Source: Eledone cirrhosa (taxonomy: Eukaryota). From it: DNA of 64,000 nucleotides. Position numbers and translations under genes: made by a program. The notes beneath the pieces were generated by a model. The model saw only the letters and a list, made by a program, of their open reading frames with translations. It was not told the origin of the DNA and made no database searches. Each line of letters starts with the position of its first letter. The first letter of the stretch is position 1. Below are positions 23,981-38,640 of the stretch, one piece after another. The stretch spans positions 292,454,001 to 292,518,000 of the forward strand of contig OZ024741.1 of the NCBI GenBank assembly GCA_964016885.1, written 5' to 3'.

Positions 23981-25305
23981 ATAACATTATTATTTTCTTT
24001 CATTTATTCAAAATTAATTCAAATATTTAGAAATGTTTACAACAGGAAAAAAAAATAGATAGAAAAAAAAATTGGAAAACATTTTGCTTTTCACTTTTCT
24101 AAATTCTTGCCTTTTGTGATGGGGTGTGAGGTTTCTATTCTAAGAATATTTAAGTAAAATATATTGACAAGCCATTCTATAAAATATTTAAATATAAAGT
24201 AAACACACTATTCATTCATAGAATTCTACAAACATAGCACAACATAACATTTCATTGGTTGATTCTTACTGCTACTGTTAACCACTACATACATACATGA
24301 TAAAATATTGTTTCATATATGTGTATGTGTGTATGTATGCATATATGTATATATATATATTTGTGAGTTTGTGTGTGTGTGTGTGTGTATACATAGCTGT
24401 GCATACACATCTGTATGTGAGTGTTTGTGTATACATATGTGTGTACATGTGTTTTTTTGTATATGTATATGTATGTTTGTATTTGTATATATATATATAC
24501 ATGTTTGTATATATATATATATATACACACATGTTTGTATGTGTGTGTGTGTATATATATATATATGTATGTATGTTTGTATGTATGTTTGTATATATGT
24601 ACGTATGTATATATCCATGTATATACATTGCTTCATTCTATCCATTTAGAGTAAAGTCAAATAATTCAGCTGAATATTCATCTAGATTAATAAACTAAGT
24701 AATACTAGGACATATTACAAACATTTTCATTGTATATGTCTTCATTGGCTTTTGTTTTTTTATTTAACTTAAATAAAATCAACTGAAAGTTTTGTTAAAT
24801 AACGAAAAATTCTGAAACAACAGGAAAATAAACATAAAATTCTTTGGTAATTTTTAAAAGTTTGGTTTAGGTAAAAAAATATTGAATCATGTCAAATCAA
24901 TAGCTTTATTTTTTTCTACATTATCATCATTCTTAAAAATGTAAGAAATAATAATTATTATTATTATCGTCATTGTTATTATCCTTTTATTATTTTGGCA
25001 ATATGTACTTTAATATTTACATTTGTTTCATATTTAAAAGAAATGTTTGTTTTTCTCTCTCTCTCCCCTCCCTTTCTCTGATGTTTTGTTCAATTTTTTT
25101 TTCTGAAAAAAAAAAAAAAAAATCTCCAGTCCCACTGGCATCTGCAGTGTCTATAAAAGATAGTTTTATACATCAGGAGTATTAACCTAAAATGTCAAAA
25201 TCATGTTTTGAAAATGTCTATTTACTTTTCTCTCAAAGAATTTGACTAGTTCAATAGTTCTTTGCTTGATGATGGTGAAAATAAAATTAATATACACACA
25301 CACAT

Positions 25306-25325
25306 GTAGGACCCCGACGGCTGAG

Positions 25326-25329
<4 letters not shown>
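25306..25329 (-). mobile_element. 24-bp fragment of family H4 (see 43976 and 53770) between microsatellites
   Basis: GTAGGACCCCGACGGCTGAGCTCA is identical to 53858-53881. Confidence 0.7.
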
Positions 25330-25381
<52 letters not shown>

Positions 25382-25733
25382 CATACATACATACATATGT
25401 ATACACATATAAAAGTAAAAATATTATAGCAAAAAAAAGGGCAACAACAGATTCAAAGTATACAAATCTTGAACGTGCTGGGTTTTTATTTTGTTAAATT
25501 CATGGTAGGCACGCATCAACTGAATTATTTTAACATAAAACTATCATCAATACTAGCAGTAGCACTTTATGTCTGCTTTACATGCTGGGATGGTTGAGAT
25601 GTGTTGTCATGGACCAAATCCTTTTTTTTTTTAGATTTACTGTCCTTCTAGACATGTCAGAAAACCATGTCTCTGTCAAACATTGTGTGTTTATGTATAT
25701 GTGTGTGTGTGTGTATACATATTTATATGTGTC

Positions 25734-25784
<51 letters not shown>

Positions 25785-27078
25785 CCCACCATTGTTAAGT
25801 CTGTTTTCCATTCTGTCACATGTTAGATGGATTGCTGTTATTCTAGTCAACTCTTATTCAGAGTTATCGTCTCAATAGTTGGTTTGTTGGACCACATTTT
25901 GCTTGTATGATGCATTGTTTTGGAATGGCTTCTATGAATGGTTCTCCTTGCTAATACCAACCACTTTTCTGAGTGTTCTGGGTAGATTTTATCATAGTAG
26001 TAATATGAGTGGCCTCTGCAATGTCATTTACAATGACCATTGGTGATGTTGGTTGCAATGTTATAAATACTTTATATATAGATATATTGTGCTAATATGG
26101 AGTGCTATTGATAGACAATTAGCTCCAGGAGATAAATGATATATAAGTTGCACAGCTAACAACAATATATACTTTGTTCTTCATGCCCCACAGGTGTCTT
26201 CTGCATAAAGAACACATAGTTAACATTGAGTTAACATATATCAAAGTAGTGAGCCCCAAAGTAGTTTCATCATTTGAATATAAAATCTTAATGAGAAAAT
26301 AATCTATTAGTGTTAATGACAGTTCTTGTCAGGTAGAGCAAAGGAGGAAACTGAAATTTAAGTTGGTTAAAAATGAAATATTGAATACAGTGGTCAGTGA
26401 ATCTGATATTTTACAGTGACAAATGTTTTTCCTTTTTATTTCATCTCCTCTGTGACATAATCTAACATATATTTACCAAACCGTAGAATGAATATATAAA
26501 GGATACCTACAAGAAAACCTCTATTACATGAGGATACCTAACTGAATGAAGTTGTAGTTGATATGGGTATATTTCGTCTTCCCATGTGTATTTTGTTGTC
26601 TATCTCAAAATCAGTGCCTGACACGATCAAAATCATTCCAACTGTGGTCATCTCATCAACGTCATCATTTTTTAATGTCCATTTTACCACGTTAACTTGA
26701 AACAAGTCAGAGCTGATGACCATGTCTTGTACACACAAAACTATTCCTGGCTTGGTTTCTACGGTAGAATGCCCTTCCTAATACTAACTACATTTACAGT
26801 GCAGACTGGGTGCTTTTTATTGTGGCACTAAAACAAACAACTGTCAAGGTTAACTGGGTGCTTTTCATCATGGAATGCATTACACAGTGTTCTTGCCTCT
26901 TTTAAATAATAGTATATGAATGGAGTAAATTTGGCTACTATTTCTAGAAGATTGAGTTACCATATAGAGATACCATCATTAGTTTAGTACCATAGGGATT
27001 GAATTATTAGTTGTGAAAGGAGATTTGTCTGCTACAATGAGCCAATAAAATAAACACAAAGAATTTCTGTTATATAAT

Positions 27079-27195
27079 TGTTTCTTTTGGCACAGGCCAG
27101 CAATTACCCAGTACATTACTAGTACTTTATTTTATCGATCGCGTAAGGATGAAAGACAAAATTAACCTCAATAGGATTTGAACTCAGACCGTAAA
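27079..27195 (-). mobile_element. 5'-truncated Meta/MESC-like SINE with TSD
   Basis: Flanking direct repeat AATTTCTGTTATATAAT (27062-27078 and 27196-27212). Confidence 0.8.
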
Positions 27196-27219
27196 AATTT
27201 CTGTTATATAATACCTTAC

Positions 27220-27376
27220 TATTTGTGTTGGTTTTGAATGATCAAACTGAATCAAAGGAAGAGAGTCATTGCAACATCTTAAAGGAATCCTCCTATGAAG
27301 AATCTGAAGAAGAAAACAATCTTTGAAACAGGAAGAGGAGCTGCTGCTGCTGTATTCTGTTGGCTTTGTGAGATGT
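27220..27376 (-). other. Candidate 157-nt exon of an unidentified host transcript
   Basis: Minus-strand acceptor ACTAAC-CTTTATCCCACAG and donor GTAAGG; one frame open; no recognisable homology. Confidence 0.3.
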
Positions 27377-28342
27377 CTGTGGGATAAAGGTTAGTCTTAA
27401 TGTTACATACTAACATTTAAACCAATGACATTACACAAGGCCAAGCAACATCAAATGTGTTCACATTGCATGACATTATGCTGTACTCAAGTGTTGATAA
27501 ACATGTTCACATCTCTATATATGTTTATGGAAATCATGGAAGACATCAAAGTTATTTACATCTCAGTAACATTACACAATGGAAAACAACATTGAATCTG
27601 TTAACATTGCAGTAACATTACACATTGATAAACAACAGGGAATCTGTTTACATCACACTAATAAAGGTAAACAACACTGAATCTGTTCACATCTCAATAA
27701 CATTATATATTAGTAAACATCATTGAACCTGTTCACATCACTATGTATTTTATTATGGAAATGATTAAAGATATTGAATAAAATAAACCACAATAACAAG
27801 CTCTTTAAGGTAATTTCCCATGTTAAAGCAGATCTTAGCCTTGTAGACCCCATCATAGGTTTCATGCTCCTCATCGATTACTTTGTGAGGCATTGTTTTA
27901 CATCTGGAAAAAAGAAAAAAATCTATTATTTATATACATGGTTTCCTTTCAACAATTTTGATACCAATCTACCCAAAATTTCCTCTGATTTTATGCTACA
28001 AAGCTGTTTGTTTTAAATTGTCTCTATTTATCTACAAACCTTCCATTATGGTTTTATCTTTGTTTCAAACACCAGCTTAATAATGAGAAAATCAAATACA
28101 TTCAATTTTTTATGTTTTTCAAAACTATTTAAAAATCATGGTGTCTTTCATTGGAAATATCGTAATGAAGAGGTTAAACAAATGCATTTGTTGTTGAACA
28201 GACTTCCTGTGAATCAGTTCTGAGGAAACCCAACATTTTACTAAAGAAAAACTTATCATAGGAATGATATCTTTTAGTATAATTTCATAAAATGTTATTA
28301 TGTGTACTTCTTTTAATATGAATAAATTGTCTCTCAAAATAA

Positions 28343-28661
28343 TTTTTGTTTTATTTAATTTATTTCAATTTGTGTGGTGGGTATTGTCTATAAAATATAG
28401 TTATGGATTCCATGATTTTTGGAAAATAGTATGCAGGGTTCCATGAGAAAAAAAAATTGGGATACCACTTGTGTTGATATTGTATTACGAAAAGAAGGAA
28501 CTTTTTGTTTTATTTAATTTATTTCAATTTGTGTGGTTGGTATTGTCTATAAAATATAGTTATCGATTCCATGATTTTTGGAAAATAGTATACAGGGTTC
28601 CATGAGAAAAAAAAATTGGGGTACCACTTGTGTTGATATTGTATTACGAAAGAGAAGGAAC
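28343..28661. repeat. Recent 159-bp tandem duplication
   Basis: 28343-28501 and 28502-28661 differ at about 5 positions. Confidence 0.92.
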
Positions 28662-29194
28662 TTTGATAAAAATGATGGCAGCAATACATACAATGTATAA
28701 AAGTATGGTACCTGTGGAGGTGTGTGAATGGAGATGGGGTGAGGGTCAGAGTTCTAGTAGCAGTTTCAGAATAAGCTGATATTATGACAACAGTTATAAA
28801 GAGAAAGTATCATGATAAGCTTCAACACTTTCCTCGGAAACTGGTGGTGGTAGATTGGTAGAGGTAAGAGTATATACATTGAAGAACAGGCATCACATGG
28901 CCTTTTTAACTTGACCTCCAACTTAGGAAAGAAATTCCTTGTTAATTAATTAAAGAAGGAAAGATTAATTAGAGAGACTTCCTTAAGACAATAGAGATAT
29001 AGCATGAACATTATCAAGTGTAGTTAATATATTATTAATAGTAATATCTAATGATAATAATTTCTCTTATTTACCACCAGGACACTGAATGAGAGGGGCA
29101 TTACAAAAACAAGTTGCATAAAGTATTGTATTTTACATAAAAAGCAATTATAAAAAAAAGCAAGTACACATAATGTACATGATGATGATGATAA

Positions 29195-30440
29195 TAATAG
29201 TTTCTGATTTAGGCACAAGGCCAGCAATTTGAAGGGGAGGGGGAAAGTCGATTAAATCAACCCCAGTGCATGACTGGTACTTTATTTTATTGGCCCCGTA
29301 AGGATGAAAGGCAAAGCTAACCACAGCAGGATTTGAACTAAGAACATAAAGGGCTGTAACTCTATACCGTGATGCAAGATGTCCAATGCTCTACTAATAC
29401 TGCTAATCCATCGCCATAATAATAATAATAAAGATAATAATTCAATAATGATTTATTTTATTTGCAACATAGGCATCATATGGGAAAGATGATACAAAGA
29501 CAGGCAACAACATTAAGGTGGCGGTTTACATAGAAATGAGAAAAAAAAATACATTCAGCAATTTCAATAAAAATGTATTAATAGAAAGGTAACAACAACA
29601 AATAGAACTGGCAGTACAGAACAAAGAAGGAGTAATAGTAAGAATAATATAATATATTAACAGTTAATAGCTATAATTATAGTTGTCTGAATAATTTTCG
29701 TTGGGGATTGAGAATATCAAAGTACAAACAAGGTAATTTTGCTGTGAATGTTCTTAATAGTAACACAACCATTCAAAATGAACAAGAATGAAGATGAAGA
29801 AGGGAAGATGATAAGTAAATGCAGGGAAGGTGTCATTGAAAGAGAATCATGACCTTTTAAATTTGACCTATAACCCAAGAGAGAATTCCTTGATTAAAGG
29901 AAGAAAGGTTAAGTAAGGACATTCTACAAGATTATAGCGATATAATAGAATGCTTTATCAGAGGAAAGTAAAGACAAAACAAATGAAACTTAAGACAATA
30001 ACACAAACTTATCAGGAGCAGTTAATATATTAGTAAAATAATATTATTTTCTGATTTAGGCATAAGGCTGGAAATTTTATGGGAGGGGAAGTCAATTAAA
30101 TCAACCCCTGTATGTTACTAGTACTTTACTTTATCGACCCTGTAAGGATGAAAAGCAAAGCTAACCTTGGCAGAATTGGAAATCAGAACATAAAGAGACA
30201 TAGCTCTATGCCACAAAGCGTATTATTTCCAATACTTTACTGATACTGCCAATCCACCACCATGTTCCAATGTGTAATAATAATAAGGGTTTCTAATTTA
30301 GGCATAAGACCAGGAAATTTATGGAAGGGGAAAGTCAATTAAATCAACAGCAATATTTGATTGGTAATTTTGTTTTAACAGCGCAGGAAAGGTCAAAAGC
30401 AAAATTGATTTTGGTGGGATTTAAATTCTAAAAGTAAAAG
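29195..30440 (-). mobile_element. Cluster of Meta/MESC-like SINEs (~29195-29415, 30045-30262, 30288-30440)
   Basis: Repeated GTTTCT.ATTTAGGCA...AAGGATGAAAGGCAAAG...GGATTTGAAC. Confidence 0.75.
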
Positions 30441-30694
30441 ACTGAAACAAATATAATATAATAACTATATTTAGAATGTACACAATACTACTGCAATAGT
30501 AAATAAGAGAAAAAGTTGAAAAATTCTTCAAGAATACTATTTCATTATAGTTTCAACATTTGAATCTTGAGAAATATTATAAAGAAATATATGACGTTTG
30601 CGAGGATTCAAAGCCATAGTTAAATAGTTTTCTTTAATACATTCAGTATTACATTCTATTTCTGCCTACCTGCGTGTGCATGTTATGCATATGC

Positions 30695-30771
<77 letters not shown>

Positions 30772-32064
30772 GGTGTGTGTGTGTGTGTACATGTGTCATT
30801 CTTCTTTGTCTGAACATTGGGCTAAATTCCTTATTATTCTCTTTTGTTTCACTATTTCTCTCCTTTCTATAAATTTCCTCCTTTTTCAACGATCTCTACT
30901 TCGTTGTCAGTTGATGCACTTGGGATACTTTTTCATCTATATTTATGTAATTTACCTAAAGGCATAACTTTTCCCTACCTGTTTCTCTACCTTTTGTTAT
31001 GTCCCAATATGCACTGGAATGAATGATATCAACCTTAATGCACCAAAATTCACGGTGGTTTCTAGAGGTTCACTGAAATGAAACTGTCCATCTTTCCATA
31101 GTTTTTACCATTTTCTTTGTCATGTGCCCCCCTATTTTGAATATATATGTGTGTATGTCTACGTTTGTATATTTATATCATCATCATCATCACATCAATG
31201 TTTCCATGTTGGCATGGATTGGATGGGACGTTTTGTGGAAATGTTCTGCAGCTAGATACCTTTCTTGACACCATCACTTTAGTACAACATGCAGGGATAT
31301 GCAGTACATATTCTGAACATGGCTATATCCATATGTGCTTGTGAATATATATAATCATCATCATCATCATCATTTTACGTCCGCTTTTCCCTGCTTGCAA
31401 GGGTGGGACGGGTCTTATTCAGCACAGCATCTCTCCACTTGTCACGGTCCTTCGTCATCTCCAACGTAGCATGCTTGCCTCATTTATCATGCCATGTCTC
31501 GCTACCATGCAGCATCGCACTCCTCACACAGGCATCATATAACTGGCCTTTCGTACGCATACATATGTTTTTGTGCAGGTTATGTAATATAGCAGCTGAA
31601 CGAAGGAGATCAATAAAAAAAGAAGTACCAGACCCCCCAAAAACATATACTAGAGTCATCATGATACACAAGGTGAATTACTCAAACTAGTAAAAGAATA
31701 AAAGCATATACATGCATATGGTTGTTGGTGAAAGTGTTAACCTATAAGATTAGACATGGAAACACATAGTGACAAAATGAAAGTCATACATGCGCAGCTA
31801 TAGTGGCACCCATATGAATATTTAGGATGAAATCGTTAATATTTCAGATAAGGAAGAAATGCTCAACAGTATTATAAAAGAGAAAACTGCTTGAAATATA
31901 ATGTAATTTATAATTACATTTTATAGGTTGTAATGTAATTTAATCATTTTATAACCTCATTTCAGTGGAACTTTTGACTTGAAGTAATTCATTTGTAATG
32001 TTATAATACACTTCTATATTTCATTATATTTCACTGGTATTATAACAGTGCATCAGTTATTATT

Positions 32065-32135
<71 letters not shown>

Positions 32136-32798
32136 GTGTGTGTATATATGTCTGTATGTGTATATGGATATGCATATATATGTGTATTTATATGCACACA
32201 TATATACATATATACATACACATATATACACACACATATATATATATATACACATATATATATATACGCACATATATATATTTATATATACACACACACA
32301 TATACGCACATATGTATATGATATCAAGTAAAATATTAGTGCTCATAAATGTCATATATATGCATGAATATATTCATATGTGTATATATATAAGCAAGAC
32401 ATGGTCACCCGACCCAACTTGCCTCTAATTGGGACACACCTGTCTAACCCATGCTAGTGTGTAAGATAGACATTAATCAACGACGATGATGATATATTAA
32501 TGTTAAGTCGCACCAGTAATGTTCTCCCTCCATTTTACACATTACATTTACAATACATAGTGTATTTTGAATTCAAGATAGGCCTAGCATTTCATATCAC
32601 ATTTTCAGACTATAGAGTGATGTGTGAATGTTAATTTATGAATCTTAGAGAGGTGAAATTTAAAAGTTAATTTCTTTGGGATTTGAAATCAAAACAGAAA
32701 GAAAATATACTTCGATAGAACCAGATAATTTGTCTGATGTAAACTTCCTTAATAATTGTATGTGCATATATATGTATACATACATATATATATATATA

Positions 32799-32951
32799 CA
32801 GTGATATTCCGTTATAACGGAATTCATGGGGTATAAAAACATTTGTTGTAACGAAAAATTCTTTATAACGAGATTGTCATAAAACATTGAAAGAAATTTC
32901 GTTATACTGAAAAATTCGTTATAATGATATGTTGTAACAGAATTTTACCTG
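32799..32951. mobile_element. Tc1/pogo-type MITE
   Basis: TA-CAG...CTG-TA ends; imperfect TIR ATTCCGTTATAAC / GTTGTAACAGAAT; internal GTTATAAC-like repeats. Confidence 0.65.
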
Positions 32952-33023
32952 TACATATATCATCATCATCAATAATAATAATATTAATAATAATAATATA
33001 TGTGTGTGGATATGTTTATTGGG

Positions 33024-33107
<84 letters not shown>

Positions 33108-33110
33108 CTG

Positions 33111-33198
<88 letters not shown>

Positions 33199-33205
33199 CA
33201 TACAT

Positions 33206-34158
33206 ATATGGTGGTATCAAAAAGTACCTGGACTAGTTATGTTTAAAAAAAACTAATATATCTACTTAAGTTTTAACATCATCTCCTTTGAAATATATAT
33301 ATATATACCCCAGTCCCAACATTGCTGCAACCTTTGGAATCTGGCTTGGAAGTCATTTTCCATAAGCAAGTTGAGGACTTTCTACGATTCACTCTGGGTC
33401 TCAGCAATGGCATTAAAACATTAACCTTTGAGCTGCCTTTTCGGCTTTGAGAAGAGATGGAGTTCACAAGTGCTAAATCTAGTGAATAGGGCAGGTGCAG
33501 AAGTGATGCATATTGTTTTTGGCAAGAAACTCATGAGTGATGAGTGCTCGGTGACTGTGTGCATTGTCATCGTGCTCCACAGATCCAGTCGCTTTGCTGA
33601 ATGTCTTCCCTCAAATACCTCAAGACATTGACGGTCTGGCCCTGGGGAATTAATGCTCGATGCACAATACCTTATATGTCGAAATAAATAAATGATGAAC
33701 ATGCTCTTGGTTGAGTTGCAGCTCTATCATGTCTTCTTCAGTCCTGGAGATGAATGGCTTTTCCACTGTGTCGACTGCTGGTTAGTCTCATGGTCATACC
33801 TGTAGACCCAACTCTCATCACTGGAGATAATCATTGAAACATTGCATACAACCTATTCCCTCGTCCCTATAAGCTTTCTAAAGCATGCTCAATGTCACTG
33901 TAGCAGACTTCCCAAGTTGAGCGCAAAATTCCATGTTGGCTTTTTGTTCCAACTTCCTGTTCATGATGAAATCGCAGGGTACAGCATACATGTGATCATA
34001 AAAACATAGATTTCACAACTTGCAAAGTGAACACAGTGATGCCACTCAGCACTGGTGCATGAAGGTCACTGCTACCTCTCACTGTATGTGCAACCCTCTG
34101 TTGCCATCTGTTGGTGCACTACAGAACTAGTCTGGAAACGTTTTGATACCAACTTGTG
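33206..34158 (-). mobile_element. Internally deleted mariner element
   Basis: TIRs GGTGGTATCAAAAAGTACCTGGACTAGTT / AACTAGTCTGGAAACGTTTTGATACCAAC; remnants homologous to EQ.AN.KF...LGKSA and PYS.DLAP. Confidence 0.85.
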
Positions 34159-34624
34159 TATATATATATGTGTGTGTATGTGTGTGTACACACACACACA
34201 CAAATAATTTCATTGATTCATGAATCTATAATTTTATTTCACCCAACCCACATCACTGTTTTATGAGTCCAGACATTAGACGATAAATAAAAATGAAAAG
34301 TATTTTATTTATCATATTATCAGTGAAGTTAAAGCAAATATTTAAAGATAAATTATTAAAAAATAAGTTCAAAAGATATAAAATATATATTATTTGTTTA
34401 AAATGATATGAAAAGAACTTAAAAGAAAAGAAATTTGTTTAATGAGAGAAAAGAAAAAAAAGTGTCTTTGAATTGGGAATGTTGCTGCTGCAGTTGTTTA
34501 GTATTAAGTCAGTCTAGATCTAATTAATAAAACCTATGGTCAAGAACACAAGTATTCTGGCCATGACCATCCTATCTTTATTTTTATATTCATGGCTCTA
34601 TTACCTGATTTCTCTAAAAAAAGT

Positions 34625-34890
34625 CTTAAGTCTGTCTCAAGCTCGGAGGCTCACCAAGCTGGTTGTTAACCGAGTTTCCATGGCATTTAGCGACTGAGAA
34701 TCCAACACTCCCCTCAGAAGACAGCACATCAGTCTACTGCAGGGTTAACCCCACCCTCCAAATACTGTTGGTACCCATTTTCAACTGAGTATACTGGAGC
34801 AACATGAAATAAAGTGTTTTATTCAAGAACAATACACACAACTCAGTCCAGGAACTGAACACATGACACTTACCACTAGGCTACATGCCA
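34625..34890 (-). mobile_element. Diverged CORE-like SINE with a different 3' part
   Basis: CTGAGTATACTGGAGCAACATGAAATAAAGTGT matches the reverse complement of the CORE-like domain. Confidence 0.55.
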
Positions 34891-36239
34891 CCAAATTCCC
34901 TAATGTGCTGTTCTTTATATATATGTGTGTTTGTATGTACACATGGGTATGTTTTTGCATATGTCTCTGTGTATGTATACATACATAATCATGTATGTGT
35001 GAGTGTATATATATATATACAGTATATATATATGTATTGTCTGCTGTTACTTTTATATCATGGTTTCATGTTATTTTCCAGTAATTTTCTCAGTGGATTT
35101 TCTAGTTTTTGAAGCAATAGTTTGCTCCTAAATGAAGTCTTGTTAAGCTAATGTGAGTCAAAGTACTGACATAATAACTTTTTGTAGTGTACTGATACAC
35201 AATGCAGTTAGTTATGTACTTGTCATCCAAGGGACATGACTCGGTGTTACAGCAATAGCTATTTTTTAAATTTTTTTATTCAATTTATTTGCAGTGTATT
35301 GTGGTATTTCAGGGGATATAAAAGGAAATGAGAAATGTTCTGCCAGGAGTTGCAACTGTCAGACGGTATTAGCAATGGAAAAAGAAATAGAAATATAGTT
35401 TCTTTGGTCCATTCTTACAATTAGCTCTTTGTTTTCTTTTTCTTTTTTCTTTTTTTTTCTTTTTCCTTTTACAATGGAATGATATTTATGAGAGAAAGGG
35501 TTGTGGAATAAGTGGCTCCTATATTGTTTCTGCTGAAGAAGTTTGTTGTCTTTGTTATTATGTTTGTTGATTAACTAGATTAAATATTTTGCTATGCAGG
35601 TTATAATATTACTACGGAATGATGGATTGGATCAGCAACCTTATGTTATTGTGAAGTATATGCTATTGTGATTTTGAAGTGGGTATGAGTTAATGTTTGG
35701 CTGAACATGTTCTTGGTTCCATGAAAATTTGCTTCATCAAGGAAGAGACTATTTTACCAGTGATTCGCAAACTGGGGTCTGCAGAACCCTGGGAGTACAC
35801 AAAGGAGGTACTGGAATCCCATGAACTGAATTCACCATTTCAAGTACTTCGCTAAAAACATAATGCTCATATGCTATTGTGTATCTGTTTTTTCTAAGTA
35901 TAAACATTTCTCCCTTTCAATTATTATTTATACCATATAGCAATCTAGCAAGTGTGTAAATGTAGCTGCAGGTTTGTGAGAAAAATTGGTAGGGAAAATT
36001 CTGGTAAACACTGCTTTAGGTTTGATATATTTATATAAATTCAACAAATTGTGGTAGATAGCCTTAGAAGGAAAATCCACAGGAATAGCCAACCATTCTT
36101 GAAGCTGGCAATTTCTCCTGAGTGAACCAGAATATAGAATTCTACATTCCTGATTGCATATTGGTTTCCAATAGCTAGAGTGGGTGCACATCCATCATGC
36201 TTAGTAAAGAAAATTATAACCAGCATCAGGTTGAGTCTA

Positions 36240-36600
36240 CATCATCATCATCATCATCATGTTTACGCCTGTTTTCCCACACCTGCATGGGTTAGGTTGG
36301 TCCTTCTCATCAAAGCATCTCTCAATTTGGCACATTTCTTTGTCATCTCCTCTTTATGTCTCAGCAATTTGAGGTTAGCTCTCAGTATACCTGCTCAGGT
36401 TTTTCTTGTTCTACCTCTAATGCAGCTTCCTTCCACTGGCATTTCCTGGCACTTCACCCACCAACCTTCATCCATGCACAACATATGTCCAAACCAATGC
36501 AGTCTTCTCTCTTGCACACTACCTTAGATTCCTTTTAAATCCAGCTTCTCCCTCAGTTCATCTAAGCTCTACCTTTCTCTTACATTGCACATCCACATAG
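36240..36600 (-). mobile_element. Diverged RTE 3' fragment
   Basis: Homologous to 13441-13800; (CAT)n tail. Confidence 0.75.
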
Positions 36601-37872
36601 TATCTTGGATAAAGCCACCATATATAAAAATAATCCAATTTAGTGCCATTTACGTTGGACTGAACAATATTGTGATAAGCCCCTCCATATGAAAATATAA
36701 TTAATATTGAGTATCATCGTCTGAGACGCATTGTCTTAAATCAATTATTAAAATCTTCAAACGCAATATAATGTTTGACTTCTATTCCTGTTGAGGTCAT
36801 ACTTTTAAAATATTTTATTCCATTCACAACCAAATTGTGGTTTTTGCTTTGTTTATTATTTTTCAGTTAAAAATCAAATTAACCCATTTGGTTAGTTAGT
36901 ATGCCTTGTTGATAAAAATAAATAATAATAACACAAGACTAATAGAAATTATTATTCTTGTTGTTGTTATTATTTCTTAAATCATTTAAAAAAAATATCC
37001 TTCAGAAACGATAAATTATTATTTTCTCATTATGAATTCTTTGCAGACATTTTTATCTTCAACTAATTATTGTATTTGTTGTTTTAGTTGATTGTCTCTT
37101 CAAGTTGTTAGAGGTTTTGTTATGTATGTTGTTGAGTCTATTCTCACTGTCATTGTTTCTGCTGTTGTTTTCATCCTGCTGTGCTTGTTCCTACTTGACA
37201 TAGTTGCTTGCTCCTTTTCTAGTTGTCATTATTGTAGAATTGGTTTCCTACTCGTTCATCTTCCATGTCTTTCATTTTCCTCTTCTTACGACTATGTGTT
37301 TACTACATGACCAGGTGAGAGCTGATGAGGTTGTGAAACATCTATGCTTTGGTCTTGTAACTTTTGTAACTTTAATCTCTACTCATTTTGTAATTTAGGT
37401 CTCCACTAGTTTTCCTTTTCTTCTCTTTTCCTTTTTTTAATGAGAGAAATTAGTAACATGACTAACGTTTAAGCACTTCAAATATCCATATGAAACCTCA
37501 TTATTTCTTAATATAGATTTTTATTTTACTATTTCAATCTACTACTGAGTGAAAAAAAAAAATAAAGTACTTGACATTAAAATATAAAAAGTTATTCTTT
37601 ATTTTGTATATACTGAAATATACAATTACTTCGATTTACTAATTATTTGAAGGAAACATTTAAAATAATTAAACACTTGCTGAATTTTCCATTTGAACAT
37701 TTTAAGCAATTCTATCACTAATATTTGATCCAGACATTTCTGAAACCATTCCCTGTCATCAAATATCTTCAAAGGAGAATAAGTCTTATTAACGTGCTTA
37801 GATGTGAAAGATACAGAATGATAGTATGTATAACAGTACGAAACAAACATTCTATTTTTGTACAAAATATTA

Positions 37873-38053
37873 ATTGTTTCTACTTTTGGCACAAGGCCAG
37901 CAAATACCCAGTGTATTACTGGTACTTTTTTTATCGACCCCAAAAGGATGAAAGGCAAAGTTAACCTCGGCAGGATTTGAACTTAGACCATAAAGGGCCC
38001 TAACTCTTTGCTGTAAAGCATGGTGTCCAACCCTCTACTGATACTGCCAATCC
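37873..38053 (-). mobile_element. Meta/MESC-like SINE with TSD
   Basis: ACAAAATATTA at 37862 and 38054 flanks the element. Confidence 0.82.
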
Positions 38054-38324
38054 ACAAAATATTATTTAATATTATCTAAATAGCTAGTATGTATTGGGGT
38101 AGATGGTCAAGACAAAGTTGAAAGATGTTGCAGGCATAGAAATTGTAGCTCTGTTATTAACACTAGCCATATGACCATGTCCTTTATATATGCATTTACT
38201 TTTATTACATACATGTTTTCTAGTATCATTATTGCCTCCTTTTGTGAGATATCAAGATCATTAGATTTGAACATAATATTTATAAATTGTGTATATTTAT
38301 ATGATACATATATGATATATATAT

Positions 38325-38640
38325 GGAGGCACATGGCTTAGTGGTTAGAGCATTGTCCTTGCAATCGAAAGGTTGTGAGTTCAATTCTCAGACCGGGTGA
38401 TGTGTTGTTTCCTTGAGCAAGACACTTTATTTCACATTGCTCCAGTTTACTCAGCTGTAGAATTGAGATGATAGGGACTGGAGTCCCTATCATTCCACTG
38501 CAAAAGTGGTCGTGGAGGTGCCACAGCAAAAAAGCACCCAGCACTCACTGTAAATGAGGTTGGTGTTAGGAAGGGCATCCAGTTCCCGTCCCACCCTTGC
38601 AAGCAGGGAAAAGCGGACGTAAAATGATGATGATGATGAT
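38325..38640 (+). mobile_element. CORE-like SINE with RTE tail, fourth copy
   Basis: Nearly identical to 6564-6922 apart from local rearrangements. Confidence 0.87.

Noticed and set aside
28690-29960. Possible old L1/Tx1-like LINE 3' fragments
   Set aside because: Two loosely similar segments are visible, but no protein motif could be read to support a classification
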